64,000 nucleotides of DNA from Oscillospiraceae bacterium (GTDB lineage: Bacteria > Bacillota > Clostridia > Oscillospirales > Ruminococcaceae). Numbering within the stretch: the first letter of the stretch is position 1; every line of letters begins with the position of its first letter. The stretch lies in contig JAZUIH010000021.1 in NCBI GenBank assembly GCA_045642145.1, positions 3,761-67,760 of the forward strand, given 5' to 3'. Shown here piece after piece: positions 10,435 to 19,058 of this stretch. Made by a program: the position numbers and the translations under genes. The notes under the pieces were generated by a model that was not told where the DNA came from, searched no databases, and saw nothing but the letters and a program-made list of their open reading frames with translations.

Positions 10435-10686
10435 ATGCAGAAAATTACAGTAAATATTGAAGGCATGATGTGCAAAATGTGTGAGTCACATATGGACAAC
10501 GATTTTAAGCATGCTTTTCCTGGTATAAAGAAAGTTACATCGTCACACGAGAGCAAAAGCACAGTTATTATCACTCAGGATGATATTCCGGATGAAAAGC
10601 TCAGCGAGGTTGTTACTGCAGGCGGATATAAGTTTATCTCCGCCGAAAGAGAGCCTTATGAGAAGAAAGGGCTGTTCGGGTTTTAA
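10435..10686 (+). CDS. Heavy-metal-associated (CopZ-like) protein
   Basis: GMMCKMC metal-binding motif, 83 aa. Confidence 0.85.
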   Translation: MQKITVNIEGMMCKMCESHMDNDFKHAFPGIKKVTSSHESKSTVIITQDDIPDEKLSEVVTAGGYKFISAEREPYEKKGLFGF

Positions 10687-10689
10687 AAA

Positions 10690-11859
10690 ATGTATCTCAG
10701 TTTAGCACTTATTTTACTTATGGGTATTGCCCTCGGGGAGCTTTGTAAAAAAATACAGCTCCCTGCACTTTTTGGCATGCTTTTTACAGGAATAATCCTC
10801 GGACCGTATGCCCTTGATCTTATCGATTCATCTGTGCTTGACATATCAGCACAGATAAGAAAAATCGCCCTCATAATAATACTTACGAGAGCAGGTCTTT
10901 CACTTAATATCAGCGACCTGAAAAAAGCAGGCCGTCCGGCAGTTCTTATGTGTTTCGTTCCTGCGTGCTTTGAGATAGCCGGAATGCTTCTCCTTGCACC
11001 GCGTTTTCTCGGAATGACACTAATTGAGTCAGCAGTACTGGGAGCGGTAATTGCCGCAGTGTCCCCGGCAGTTATAGTACCGAAGATGCTGATGCTTATG
11101 GAAAAGAAATGCGGTACTGAAAAATGCATTCCCCAGATGATTCTCGCCGGAGCATCAGTTGACGACGTGTTTGTAATAGTAATGTTTTCAGCTTTTACAA
11201 GCCTTTCGAAAACGGGTGATTTCTCACCGCTTAAATTTGCGGAAATACCTGTTTCCATTATTCTCGGTGTACTTGCAGGCGCTGCAGCCGGACTGGCAGC
11301 AGGTTTCATTATGAAAAAGCTTCACATACGTGACACTGTAAAGATGATAATAATAATATGTACAGGATTCCTTCTGGTAGCCTTTGAGGATGCCTTCGGC
11401 GAAGCCGTTCCTTTCTCATCACTCATCGGTGTAATGTGTGCCGGTATCGCAGTTCAGAAGCTTGTTCCTGAAGCTACAGTACGCATATCAGCACGTTTCA
11501 GCAAGGTCTGGGTAGTTGCCGAAGTATTCCTCTTCGTGCTTGTCGGAGCCACAGTAAATATCAGCTATGCCCTCAGGGAAGGCCCAGCAGCAGTCGCACT
11601 TATCCTCGCTGTTCTCCTGTTCCGTATGCTCGGTGTCTTAGCCTCAGTTCTCGGAACAAAGCTTAACAGCAAAGAACGTCTTTTCTGCATGATGGCCTAT
11701 CTCCCGAAAGCCACCGTCCAGGCAGCAATCGGCGGCATCCCCCTCGCCATGGGCCTCTCCCGCGGCGACACAACACTTACAGTAGCCGTACTCTCAATCA
11801 TAATCACAGCCCCTCTCGGTGCCTTCCTGATTGATACATTCCATAAACGTCTGCTGTAA
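10690..11859 (+). CDS. Cation:proton antiporter (Na+/H+ exchanger, NHA-like)
   Basis: About 12 TM helices; AVSPAVIVP, GASVDD, PKATVQAA motifs. Confidence 0.88.
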   Translation: MYLSLALILLMGIALGELCKKIQLPALFGMLFTGIILGPYALDLIDSSVLDISAQIRKIALIIILTRAGLSLNISDLKKAGRPAVLMCFVPACFEIAGMLLLAPRFLGMTLIESAVLGAVIAAVSPAVIVPKMLMLMEKKCGTEKCIPQMILAGASVDDVFVIVMFSAFTSLSKTGDFSPLKFAEIPVSIILGVLAGAAAGLAAGFIMKKLHIRDTVKMIIIICTGFLLVAFEDAFGEAVPFSSLIGVMCAGIAVQKLVPEATVRISARFSKVWVVAEVFLFVLVGATVNISYALREGPAAVALILAVLLFRMLGVLASVLGTKLNSKERLFCMMAYLPKATVQAAIGGIPLAMGLSRGDTTLTVAVLSIIITAPLGAFLIDTFHKRLL

Positions 11860-11908
11860 TCTCAGTGAACGTCAAAATAAATCTGGCTTTCTCTGTCTTA
11901 TATTAATG

Positions 11909-11951
11909 AAAAAAAGTGGAACTCAGAACCATTCTGATTTCCGCTTTTTTT
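11909..11951. terminator. Bidirectional terminator after the antiporter
   Basis: A-run, gtggaa..tcagaa/ttctga..ttccgc, T-run. Confidence 0.6.
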
Positions 11952-11976
11952 ATCCCCCATGACAACCGACACATCA

Positions 11977-12111
11977 GCAGCAGAGTGTGTTCCTCCGCAG
12001 TGAGCACGTAACACTCCCGTATGCATCAGTGCGGAAGCACGTGCCGTAACTCTGACCCTTTTGGTCAGCAAAAGTAAACCTGGCACAGCAAGGAGGAATA
12101 TACTCTGCTGC
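11977..12111 (+). repeat. Structured intergenic element (20-bp closing stem with internal hairpins); ncRNA or MITE-like
   Basis: gcagcagagtgtgttcctcc / ggaggaatatactctgctgc pair over 20 bp with two G-U pairs on the + strand. Confidence 0.55.
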
Positions 12112-12127
12112 GTCCGCTTCGCATTAA

Positions 12128-12170
12128 CAAAAAAATTCCACGGATCACAAAACCCGTGGAATAATTTTTT
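12128..12170. terminator. Terminator downstream of oadB
   Basis: attccacgg/ccgtggaat stem flanked by an A-run and a T-run. Confidence 0.65.
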
Positions 12171-12191
12171 GTGTTTATTAAACGTAAACTC

Positions 12192-13388
12192 TTACTTAAC
12201 AATACTAAGCAGTACACCCGCAGCAACCGCTGAACCGATAACACCTGCAACGTTCGGTCCCATCGCATGCATAAGGAGGAAGTTTGTAGGATTCTCACTT
12301 GCGCCAACCTTCTGTGACACACGTGCAGCCATCGGAACTGCAGATACACCAGCTGAACCGATAAGCGGATTAACCTTACCGCCTGTAACTCTGTACATAA
12401 TCTTACCAAATACAACACCTGATGCTGTACCGATTGAGAATGCGATAACACCAAGTACGATAACCTTTGCAAACTCAGCTGTGATAATCTTGTCAGCTGT
12501 TGTAGTAGCACCAACAGATACGCCGAGGAAGATTGTAACGATATTCATAAGTTCGTTCTGAGCAGTCTTTACAAGTCTGTCGCACACGCCGCTTTCCTTG
12601 AGGAGGTTACCGAGCATAAGCATACCAACCAGCGGAGCAGCTGAAGGAATGAGAAGTGCAATGATGATTGTAACAGCGATAGGGAAGATAATCTTTTCTG
12701 TCTTTCCTACCGGACGGAGAGTTTCCATAACAACCGCACGTTCCTTCTTTGTTGTGAGGAACTTCATGATAGGCGGCTGGATGATAGGAACGAGAGCCAT
12801 GTATGTGTATGCCGCAAGAGCTATGGTACCTGTTGAGATTGAAGCGCCTGCGCCGAGAAGCTTACTTGAAACGAAAATCGCTGTAGGACCGTCCGCACCG
12901 CCGATGATAGCGATTGAAGCAGCCTCTGTTTCAGAAAATCCGAGCATTGCAGCGCCGATAAATGTAAGGAAGATACCAGCCTGAGCTGCAGCACCGAGGA
13001 GGAAGCTCTTAGGGTTTGAGATGAGCGGAGCAAAGTCCGTCATGGTACCGATACCAAGGAAGATAAGCGGCGGGAAGAGCTGAAGCTTTACGCCCAGGTA
13101 GAGAAGGTCAAGGAGTCCGCCCTCGTGAAGGATCTCCATGTAGTCAATGTTTGTAGGATCTGCGAAGAGCTCCGGAGTGTACATCGCTGTAAGCGGAAGG
13201 TTTGTCAGGAGCATACCGAATGAAATCGGAAGCAGAAGAAGCGGTTCGAATTTTTTTGCAATTGCAAGATACATAAATATAAAGGAAATAAGGATCATTA
13301 AACAGTTCTGCCATCCTAAGTTTGCAAAACCGCTTGAAGCGCCCAGGTCCTTTATCGTATCAGTAAAGATTCTTAAAACTTCACTCAT
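12192..13388 (-). CDS. oadB: Na+-translocating decarboxylase beta subunit
   Basis: FEPLLLLPI, IIGGADGPT, GVSAVPMAARV, HAMGPNVAGVIGS motifs. Confidence 0.96.
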   Translation of the reverse strand: MSEVLRIFTDTIKDLGASSGFANLGWQNCLMILISFIFMYLAIAKKFEPLLLLPISFGMLLTNLPLTAMYTPELFADPTNIDYMEILHEGGLLDLLYLGVKLQLFPPLIFLGIGTMTDFAPLISNPKSFLLGAAAQAGIFLTFIGAAMLGFSETEAASIAIIGGADGPTAIFVSSKLLGAGASISTGTIALAAYTYMALVPIIQPPIMKFLTTKKERAVVMETLRPVGKTEKIIFPIAVTIIIALLIPSAAPLVGMLMLGNLLKESGVCDRLVKTAQNELMNIVTIFLGVSVGATTTADKIITAEFAKVIVLGVIAFSIGTASGVVFGKIMYRVTGGKVNPLIGSAGVSAVPMAARVSQKVGASENPTNFLLMHAMGPNVAGVIGSAVAAGVLLSIVK

Positions 13389-13429
13389 GATAGATAAATA
13401 TCCTTTCGTATTAAATTGTAATCAGTGAA

Positions 13430-13825
13430 TCAGAACGGAAGTGTGTTTTCGTGCTGACCGGCAGAGCCCCATACAGAACCCTGACGTCTTCTGCCGTCTG
13501 TTCTCTTTATTGATTTTACAGCGTAATTCTTTCCGTCCTGTGCAGCCATCATAGCAACTGCAGCAGAAATTACAGCTATTACTTCAGTGTCGTCTTCAGC
13601 AGTAACCGGTGCAGCCGGTGCGCTCACTGGCGGTGCTGACTTTGTGATATTTACAGCCGGTGTCTCTGGCTTTGAGCTCCTGTTCTTCGAAGCGTTTCCG
13701 ATACCTGTGAATATCTTTCCGAATATGGAAACAAAAATGATAAGAAGAACAAGTGCGAGAAATACGACTACGAGTCCGGTGATAACGACCGCCCAGACTT
13801 TAGTCCATGGAATTACCATATCCAT
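13430..13825 (-). CDS. oadG: Na+-translocating decarboxylase gamma subunit (OadG family)
   Basis: Single N-terminal TM helix (GLVVVFLAL), Pro/Ala linker, VIAVISAAV motif; directly upstream of oadB. Confidence 0.85.
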   Translation of the reverse strand: MDMVIPWTKVWAVVITGLVVVFLALVLLIIFVSIFGKIFTGIGNASKNRSSKPETPAVNITKSAPPVSAPAAPVTAEDDTEVIAVISAAVAMMAAQDGKNYAVKSIKRTDGRRRQGSVWGSAGQHENTLPF

Positions 13826-14140
13826 AATATTACTCTCCTTATTAAAATAAAATTAAACCATACAATAATAATTATACCTCAGAGCCGCAGATTTTGCAAG
13901 CGAAAAACATATAAAATTTTGCGCATTTTTTACTGTCGTATTACACATCATTTCACTGAAAATTATGTGCATTTATCCAAAACAAACAAATCTGATGCGT
14001 TATGCTATATTAATAATGTGTAAAATGATATAAATGATTGAATTTGTAATTTTTTTATGGTATAATAATTGTGTAAATACTACTGTGCGTATATGAACGG
14101 AATATTTTTGCACAGCATTTTTTTCAGGAGATACACATTT

Positions 14141-16807
14141 ATGAGCGCTAATACAATATTAAAACCCAGAGACTTTGTGAGGTTTCATGTTGATATAGAT
14201 GACAACTTCAGAGTCGTAAAAACAGACAGGGGTTTTACTGATATTACCGGATTCAAGCAGAACGACGTGGAAACCGGACTGTATATGAGCAGACTCATTC
14301 CGACTGATGCCTATCAGGAGTATATTACAACAGTCAGGAAGAGTATAGGAAAGAACGGTGAATTCTGCTTCAGACATCCGATTATACTTAAGGACAGAAC
14401 CATTATCACCGTAACATGCTACGGTGAGCTTGAGGTTTATGAATCAGTAAACTCCCGCAAGGTAAAGATGATTGCCACCATAAGTGACAGGAGCGGCGAA
14501 AACGACAGTGCTGAAGAGGAGTACACGGAAACCGGCAAGGACAGACTTACCGGACTCTATTCACGCGAACGGGGTGAAAAGCTTATCAGGCAGTACCTCA
14601 AGATAAAGCCGGAGAGCGAAATATGCGCCCTCTGCATCATAGACGTAGATAACTTCTATGACATAAACGACCAGTACGGCAGGGAGTTCGGAAACTCCAT
14701 ACTTGAGGAGGTGGCCGAAAAGCTTACTTCTGTTATGAGACCTACCGATATTGTCATCCGTCTCGGCGGTGACGAGTTCATGGTGTTTACCAAGAACACA
14801 AACAAGGCCTATATGAAGTCCTTCGGTAATTCCATCAGCAAGCGTGTAAACAGCATCTATGCCGGAACTGAAAAGCAGACCGAGATATCATGCACCATCG
14901 GCATAGTAAACACCTACTACTCAAACAAGTATGACGTGCTTTTTGACTATGCCTACAAGACCCTTATGTTTGCCAAGAAAACCAAGAAGGGATCATGTCT
15001 TCTCTACTCGGAGGTTTCCAATCTTGTTGACTCAAAGGTTCTTGACGCCACAATAATCGAAAAGGGCGTAACCGATATAGCCGATGACAATCCTCATCAG
15101 AACGGGGATATTATCTCGTTTGCCTATGCGCTGCTTGAGAAGAGCAGGGACCTGAGGACTGCCATCAGTCTTCTCCTTCCGAAGCTTGCACGTCAGTTTG
15201 ACTTTTCAAGAGTTGTTGTTTTCGAAATGAACGACGAAAACATGTACTACAGATTCACCTATCACTGGTGCGACAGGGGAAAACCGTCTGACCTCAATGA
15301 AGTATATGACCTCAGCCGGAAGGATCTCCTGACGGTGGTTGACCACTTTGAACGTGACGGATTTGTTCACGTTACCCAGAAGATGGTTTCAAAGTTCTCG
15401 AAAACACTCAGAAAGATGTTTGAGAAAAATGACAAGTCCCAGTTCTATCTGTCCGCCATGTACAACGAGGGCGCATTCAGGGGCTGTCTGGCTTTTGAGA
15501 GCCGTGAAAAGGGCCGGAAGCTTACACAGAACGAGATTTCAACCCTCAAGGAGCTTACAAGGGTTATTTCAACCCATATCACCATTGTAAATGCGGACCT
15601 TGCCAGCAAGGCGAAGTCTGACTTCCTTTCACGTATGTCCCACGAGATACGAACACCAATCAATGCCATCAAGGGCATGGCCGACAAGGCAGTGTGCATT
15701 CTCGAAAGGGAAGAGGACAATGCTGCGGATATGGTATACGACTGTCTCGAAAAGATTACAATCTCAACCAAGTACCTCACCTCGCTTGTAAATGACATTC
15801 TCGACATGTCGAGAATCGAGAGCGGAAAGCTTGAGGTCAACAACGATATATTTGATATCACCAACCTTCTTGAGGACTTTGAGATGATGATACGTCCGCA
15901 GGCTGAGCAGCGAATGATAAGCTTCACAGTGGAGAAAAAATTTGAAAACAAGCTGTTTGTGGGTGACCAGTTCAGAATTCACCAGGTTCTTGTAAACCTT
16001 GCGGCAAATGCACTTAAGTTCACTCCGTTCAGCGGAAGCATCAGAGTCTGTGTTGAGGAACTTAAGGACAGCGAGGAGTCATCACTGCTGAAATTCAGCG
16101 TTGAGGACAACGGCATAGGTATCAGAAAGGAAAATCTCAAGAAGATCTTCGAATCATTTGAGCAGGCCGACAGTGCCGTAACCAAAACATACGGAGGAAC
16201 AGGCCTTGGACTTTCCATCTGCCGCAATCTCGTCAGTCTTATGGGCGGAAGCATTGACGTAACCAGTGAGGAAAATCACGGTTCAACGTTCTTCTTCACC
16301 CTTGAACTCAGAAAATGCCGTTCACTTACCGACTCAATCCGCGAGAAGCTTTACATCAGCCAGCAGAACTTTGACTTCAGCGGAAAGACAGTTCTTCTTG
16401 CCGAGGACAACGACTTCAACGCCGAGCTCGCAAAGGCGCTTCTTGAAGATGTAGGATTTGAGGTAAAGCTAGCGCTTAACGGAAAACAGGCGGTTTACTC
16501 ATTTATATCAAATCCGAGCTACACATACGACGTAATTCTCATGGACGTGCGCATGCCGCTTATGAACGGATACGAGGCAGCAGGCTGCATCCGTAATTCC
16601 GAAAAGGAGGACGCGCACTCAGTTCCGATAATCGCCCTGACTGCCAATGCAGCCGGAGATGATGAGAAGCTTACAATCCAGAGCGGAATGAATGCATACC
16701 TTTCAAAGCCTTTTGAAAAGGAAATGCTCTACATCATGCTCAAGCAGTTCCTCGAAGGTACTGCAGTAATCACCGACCGGTCCGACGAAATGCCGCCGGG
16801 ATATTAA
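14141..16807 (+). CDS. Hybrid sensor: PAS-like, GGDEF, GAF-like, HisKA, HATPase and REC domains
   Basis: RBS caggag before ATG 14141; DVDNF, RPTD-IVIRL-GGDEF, SHEIRTP, GGTGLGL, LMDVRMP motifs. Confidence 0.9.
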   Translation: MSANTILKPRDFVRFHVDIDDNFRVVKTDRGFTDITGFKQNDVETGLYMSRLIPTDAYQEYITTVRKSIGKNGEFCFRHPIILKDRTIITVTCYGELEVYESVNSRKVKMIATISDRSGENDSAEEEYTETGKDRLTGLYSRERGEKLIRQYLKIKPESEICALCIIDVDNFYDINDQYGREFGNSILEEVAEKLTSVMRPTDIVIRLGGDEFMVFTKNTNKAYMKSFGNSISKRVNSIYAGTEKQTEISCTIGIVNTYYSNKYDVLFDYAYKTLMFAKKTKKGSCLLYSEVSNLVDSKVLDATIIEKGVTDIADDNPHQNGDIISFAYALLEKSRDLRTAISLLLPKLARQFDFSRVVVFEMNDENMYYRFTYHWCDRGKPSDLNEVYDLSRKDLLTVVDHFERDGFVHVTQKMVSKFSKTLRKMFEKNDKSQFYLSAMYNEGAFRGCLAFESREKGRKLTQNEISTLKELTRVISTHITIVNADLASKAKSDFLSRMSHEIRTPINAIKGMADKAVCILEREEDNAADMVYDCLEKITISTKYLTSLVNDILDMSRIESGKLEVNNDIFDITNLLEDFEMMIRPQAEQRMISFTVEKKFENKLFVGDQFRIHQVLVNLAANALKFTPFSGSIRVCVEELKDSEESSLLKFSVEDNGIGIRKENLKKIFESFEQADSAVTKTYGGTGLGLSICRNLVSLMGGSIDVTSEENHGSTFFFTLELRKCRSLTDSIREKLYISQQNFDFSGKTVLLAEDNDFNAELAKALLEDVGFEVKLALNGKQAVYSFISNPSYTYDVILMDVRMPLMNGYEAAGCIRNSEKEDAHSVPIIALTANAAGDDEKLTIQSGMNAYLSKPFEKEMLYIMLKQFLEGTAVITDRSDEMPPGY

Positions 16808-16871
16808 GAGGTAAAGGGGCGAATCCCCTTTAATCCCCACTCCCGAAAATCAGGCGCAGCCGGATTTTCGG
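16808..16871 (+). repeat. REP-like hairpin pair
   Basis: taaagggg-cgaat-ccccttta and ccgaaaatc/gattttcgg hairpins; first part repeated degenerately at 17060-17108. Confidence 0.55.
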
Positions 16872-16880
16872 ATTAATTAT

Positions 16881-16916
16881 AAAAACACCCTCTGAAAAAA
16901 ACAGGGGGTGTTTTTT
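16881..16916 (+). terminator. Intrinsic terminator
   Basis: aaaaacaccctctg/cagggggtgttttt. Confidence 0.75.
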
Positions 16917-16924
16917 ATTTTTTT

Positions 16925-16955
16925 TGTCACTCTGGAGTCACTTAAATCGTATATA
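16925..16955 (+). promoter_or_regulatory. Putative ECF-sigma promoter
   Basis: tgtcac-17 bp-cgtata, resembling Firmicutes ECF -35/-10 elements. Confidence 0.4.
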
Positions 16956-16979
16956 ATAAGGGAGTACTGTACGGGGTTT

Positions 16980-17040
16980 CTTAAAAAATCCTTAAGGAAA
17001 CCTTAAGGTGCTTGTACGGGTGCTGTTTATATGGTAAGAT
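16980..17040 (+). promoter_or_regulatory. Putative OmpR/PhoB-family response-regulator direct repeats plus extended -10
   Basis: cttaa(gg) at 16980, 16991 and 17002 (11-bp period); TG-n-TAAGAT at 17032-17040. Confidence 0.55.
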
Positions 17041-17111
17041 GTATTTGTTCAGATTAGTTCAGTTCAGGGTTAAAGGGCCAAAGTTCCTTTAATCCCATAC
17101 CCCGAAAACAC

Positions 17112-17141
17112 TTGACAAGTAACCGCAATATATAGTATGAT
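17112..17141 (+). promoter_or_regulatory. Putative sigma-A promoter
   Basis: ttgaca-18 bp-tatgat. Confidence 0.5.
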
Positions 17142-17217
17142 TATCTATGTATATGTGTGACAATATGTATGCACGGAACAAAAGAAAAAGATTTTTATGA
17201 ACGGAGGTAACAGAAAC

Positions 17218-18117
17218 TTGAAAAAAACAAAGAGAGAAAAAACAACCGCCGGGACGCGGACGCTTAAGAAAAGCGAGAGAATAACGGAACTGACATTCCT
17301 TGCCCCAAGTGTGGCAGGCGTGCTTCTGTTTTTCATCCTGCCTTTTTTTGTGGTCATCTGGTACTCGGTAATAGACAATCCGATAAACCGTGACTTTGTT
17401 TTTCTCGACAACTTTATCGCAATTGTTCAGAACGAGGCGTTTCAGCTTGCGGCAAAAAACACTGCACTGTTTTCAGTTATGGCAGTACCGCTTGCAGTTG
17501 TCCTTTCGCTGATGCTTGCAGTTCTGCTTGAGTCGAAGATTCACTTCAGAAGCCAGATACGCGCTTCATTTCTCTGCCCGCTTATGGTCCCTACGGCATC
17601 AGTTGTTCTCGTGTGGCAGGTTATGTTCCATAAGTACGGTACTGTAAACCAGATTCTTGAGATGTTCGGTGCTGAACCGACTGACTGGCTTAAAACTCCG
17701 AAGGGCATGATAGTAGTAGTTATCATGTTTCTCTGGAAGAACCTCGGCTACAACATGATTCTTTTCCTTGCGGGACTTTCAAATATTCCGGGGGACATCA
17801 TGGAGGTTGCCATGCTCGAAGGGGCAGGACCTTTCTACAGGTTCTTCCATCTCAAGCTCAGATATCTCTCACCGACAATCCTGTTTGTAACCATACTTAC
17901 ACTTATAAACTCATTCAAGATTTTCCGTGAGGTATACCTGCTGACCGGTGACTATCCGGATTCGCTGTACATGATTCAGCACTTTATGAACAACACCTTC
18001 TCGCTTCTTGAGTACCAGAAGCTCTCATCATCAGCAATCATCATGTCACTTGTAATGGTGGTAATCATTGCAGTTCTCTTCATAGCTGAGTACTGGTTCG
18101 GAAAGGACGTGGAGTGA
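17218..18117 (+). CDS. Carbohydrate ABC transporter permease (MalF-like)
   Basis: RBS ggaggt before TTG 17218; GYNMILFLAGL, EAA-like loop EVAMLEGAG, FKIFREVY. Confidence 0.9.
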   Translation: MKKTKREKTTAGTRTLKKSERITELTFLAPSVAGVLLFFILPFFVVIWYSVIDNPINRDFVFLDNFIAIVQNEAFQLAAKNTALFSVMAVPLAVVLSLMLAVLLESKIHFRSQIRASFLCPLMVPTASVVLVWQVMFHKYGTVNQILEMFGAEPTDWLKTPKGMIVVVIMFLWKNLGYNMILFLAGLSNIPGDIMEVAMLEGAGPFYRFFHLKLRYLSPTILFVTILTLINSFKIFREVYLLTGDYPDSLYMIQHFMNNTFSLLEYQKLSSSAIIMSLVMVVIIAVLFIAEYWFGKDVE

Positions 18118-19031
18118 TGGAAAACAAAAAGTCCTTTAAGTACAGATTCAGGAAAAATGCACTTTCCGTGTTCTTCACAGTGTTCGCATCAGTCTGCGCC
18201 CTGCTGTTTCTGTTTCCGACCGCAGTTACAATAGCCAATTCCTTCATGACGCAGAAGGAGATAAATGCAAACTACGGCGCGATGATAAGCAACTTTGACA
18301 AAAACGAAACAAAGAAAACATATATATCGGAAAAGCTTAACCTCAAGCTTATTCCGGACAGGGTTTCCGCGGAGCAGTACACAACAGTGCTGTTCAAAAG
18401 CTCAGACTACCTCATGAAGTTCTGGAACTCGGTAATACTTGTAGTGCCGATTGTTCTCTTCCAGCTGATAGTCGCTTCACTTGCGGCCTACAGCTTCGCA
18501 AGGTACCGCGGGCGTTTCAAGGAACTGCTGTTCTTCCTCTACGTTATACTCATGCTTATGCCGTATCAGGTTACTCTTGTACCTAATTACCTGGTGGCAG
18601 ATGCCCTCGGAATACTCAACACCAGAATGTCAGTCATCCTTCCGGGTATCTTTGCACCGTTCAGCGTATTTCTCCTTGCAAAGGTAATGCGCAGGATACC
18701 GACGTCATTCATTGAAGCTGCAAAGCTTGACGGCGCAGGCGAGGTTCAGATATTCACACAGATCTGTCTGCCTCTTTCAAGAAGCGCAATTTTCTCAGTT
18801 GCACTTCTGAACTTTATCGACTACTGGAACATGGTTGAGCAGCCGCTTATAATGCTCTCTGACACAGACTATCACCCTCTGTCAGTATTTCTCTCAAAAA
18901 TCAACTCAGGGGATGTCGGACTTGCATTTGCGGTAGCTGTAATATATATGATACCGACACTTCTCATGTTCTTCTACGGTGAGGACTACCTCGTGGAAGG
19001 CATAGCATATTCGGGCGGAATAAAAGGATAA
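18114..19031 (+). CDS. Carbohydrate ABC transporter permease (MalG-like)
   Basis: AAYSFAR, MPYQVTLVPNY, IEAAKLDGAG EAA loop. Confidence 0.9.
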   Translation: MMENKKSFKYRFRKNALSVFFTVFASVCALLFLFPTAVTIANSFMTQKEINANYGAMISNFDKNETKKTYISEKLNLKLIPDRVSAEQYTTVLFKSSDYLMKFWNSVILVVPIVLFQLIVASLAAYSFARYRGRFKELLFFLYVILMLMPYQVTLVPNYLVADALGILNTRMSVILPGIFAPFSVFLLAKVMRRIPTSFIEAAKLDGAGEVQIFTQICLPLSRSAIFSVALLNFIDYWNMVEQPLIMLSDTDYHPLSVFLSKINSGDVGLAFAVAVIYMIPTLLMFFYGEDYLVEGIAYSGGIKG

Positions 19032-19058
19032 CAAAACAAATGAAAGGACAGAAATAAA

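Noticed and set aside
13915-13980. Weak tgtgca-type motifs upstream of oadG, atpI and pflB
   Set aside because: Too degenerate in AT-rich DNA to call an operator without a statistical scan.
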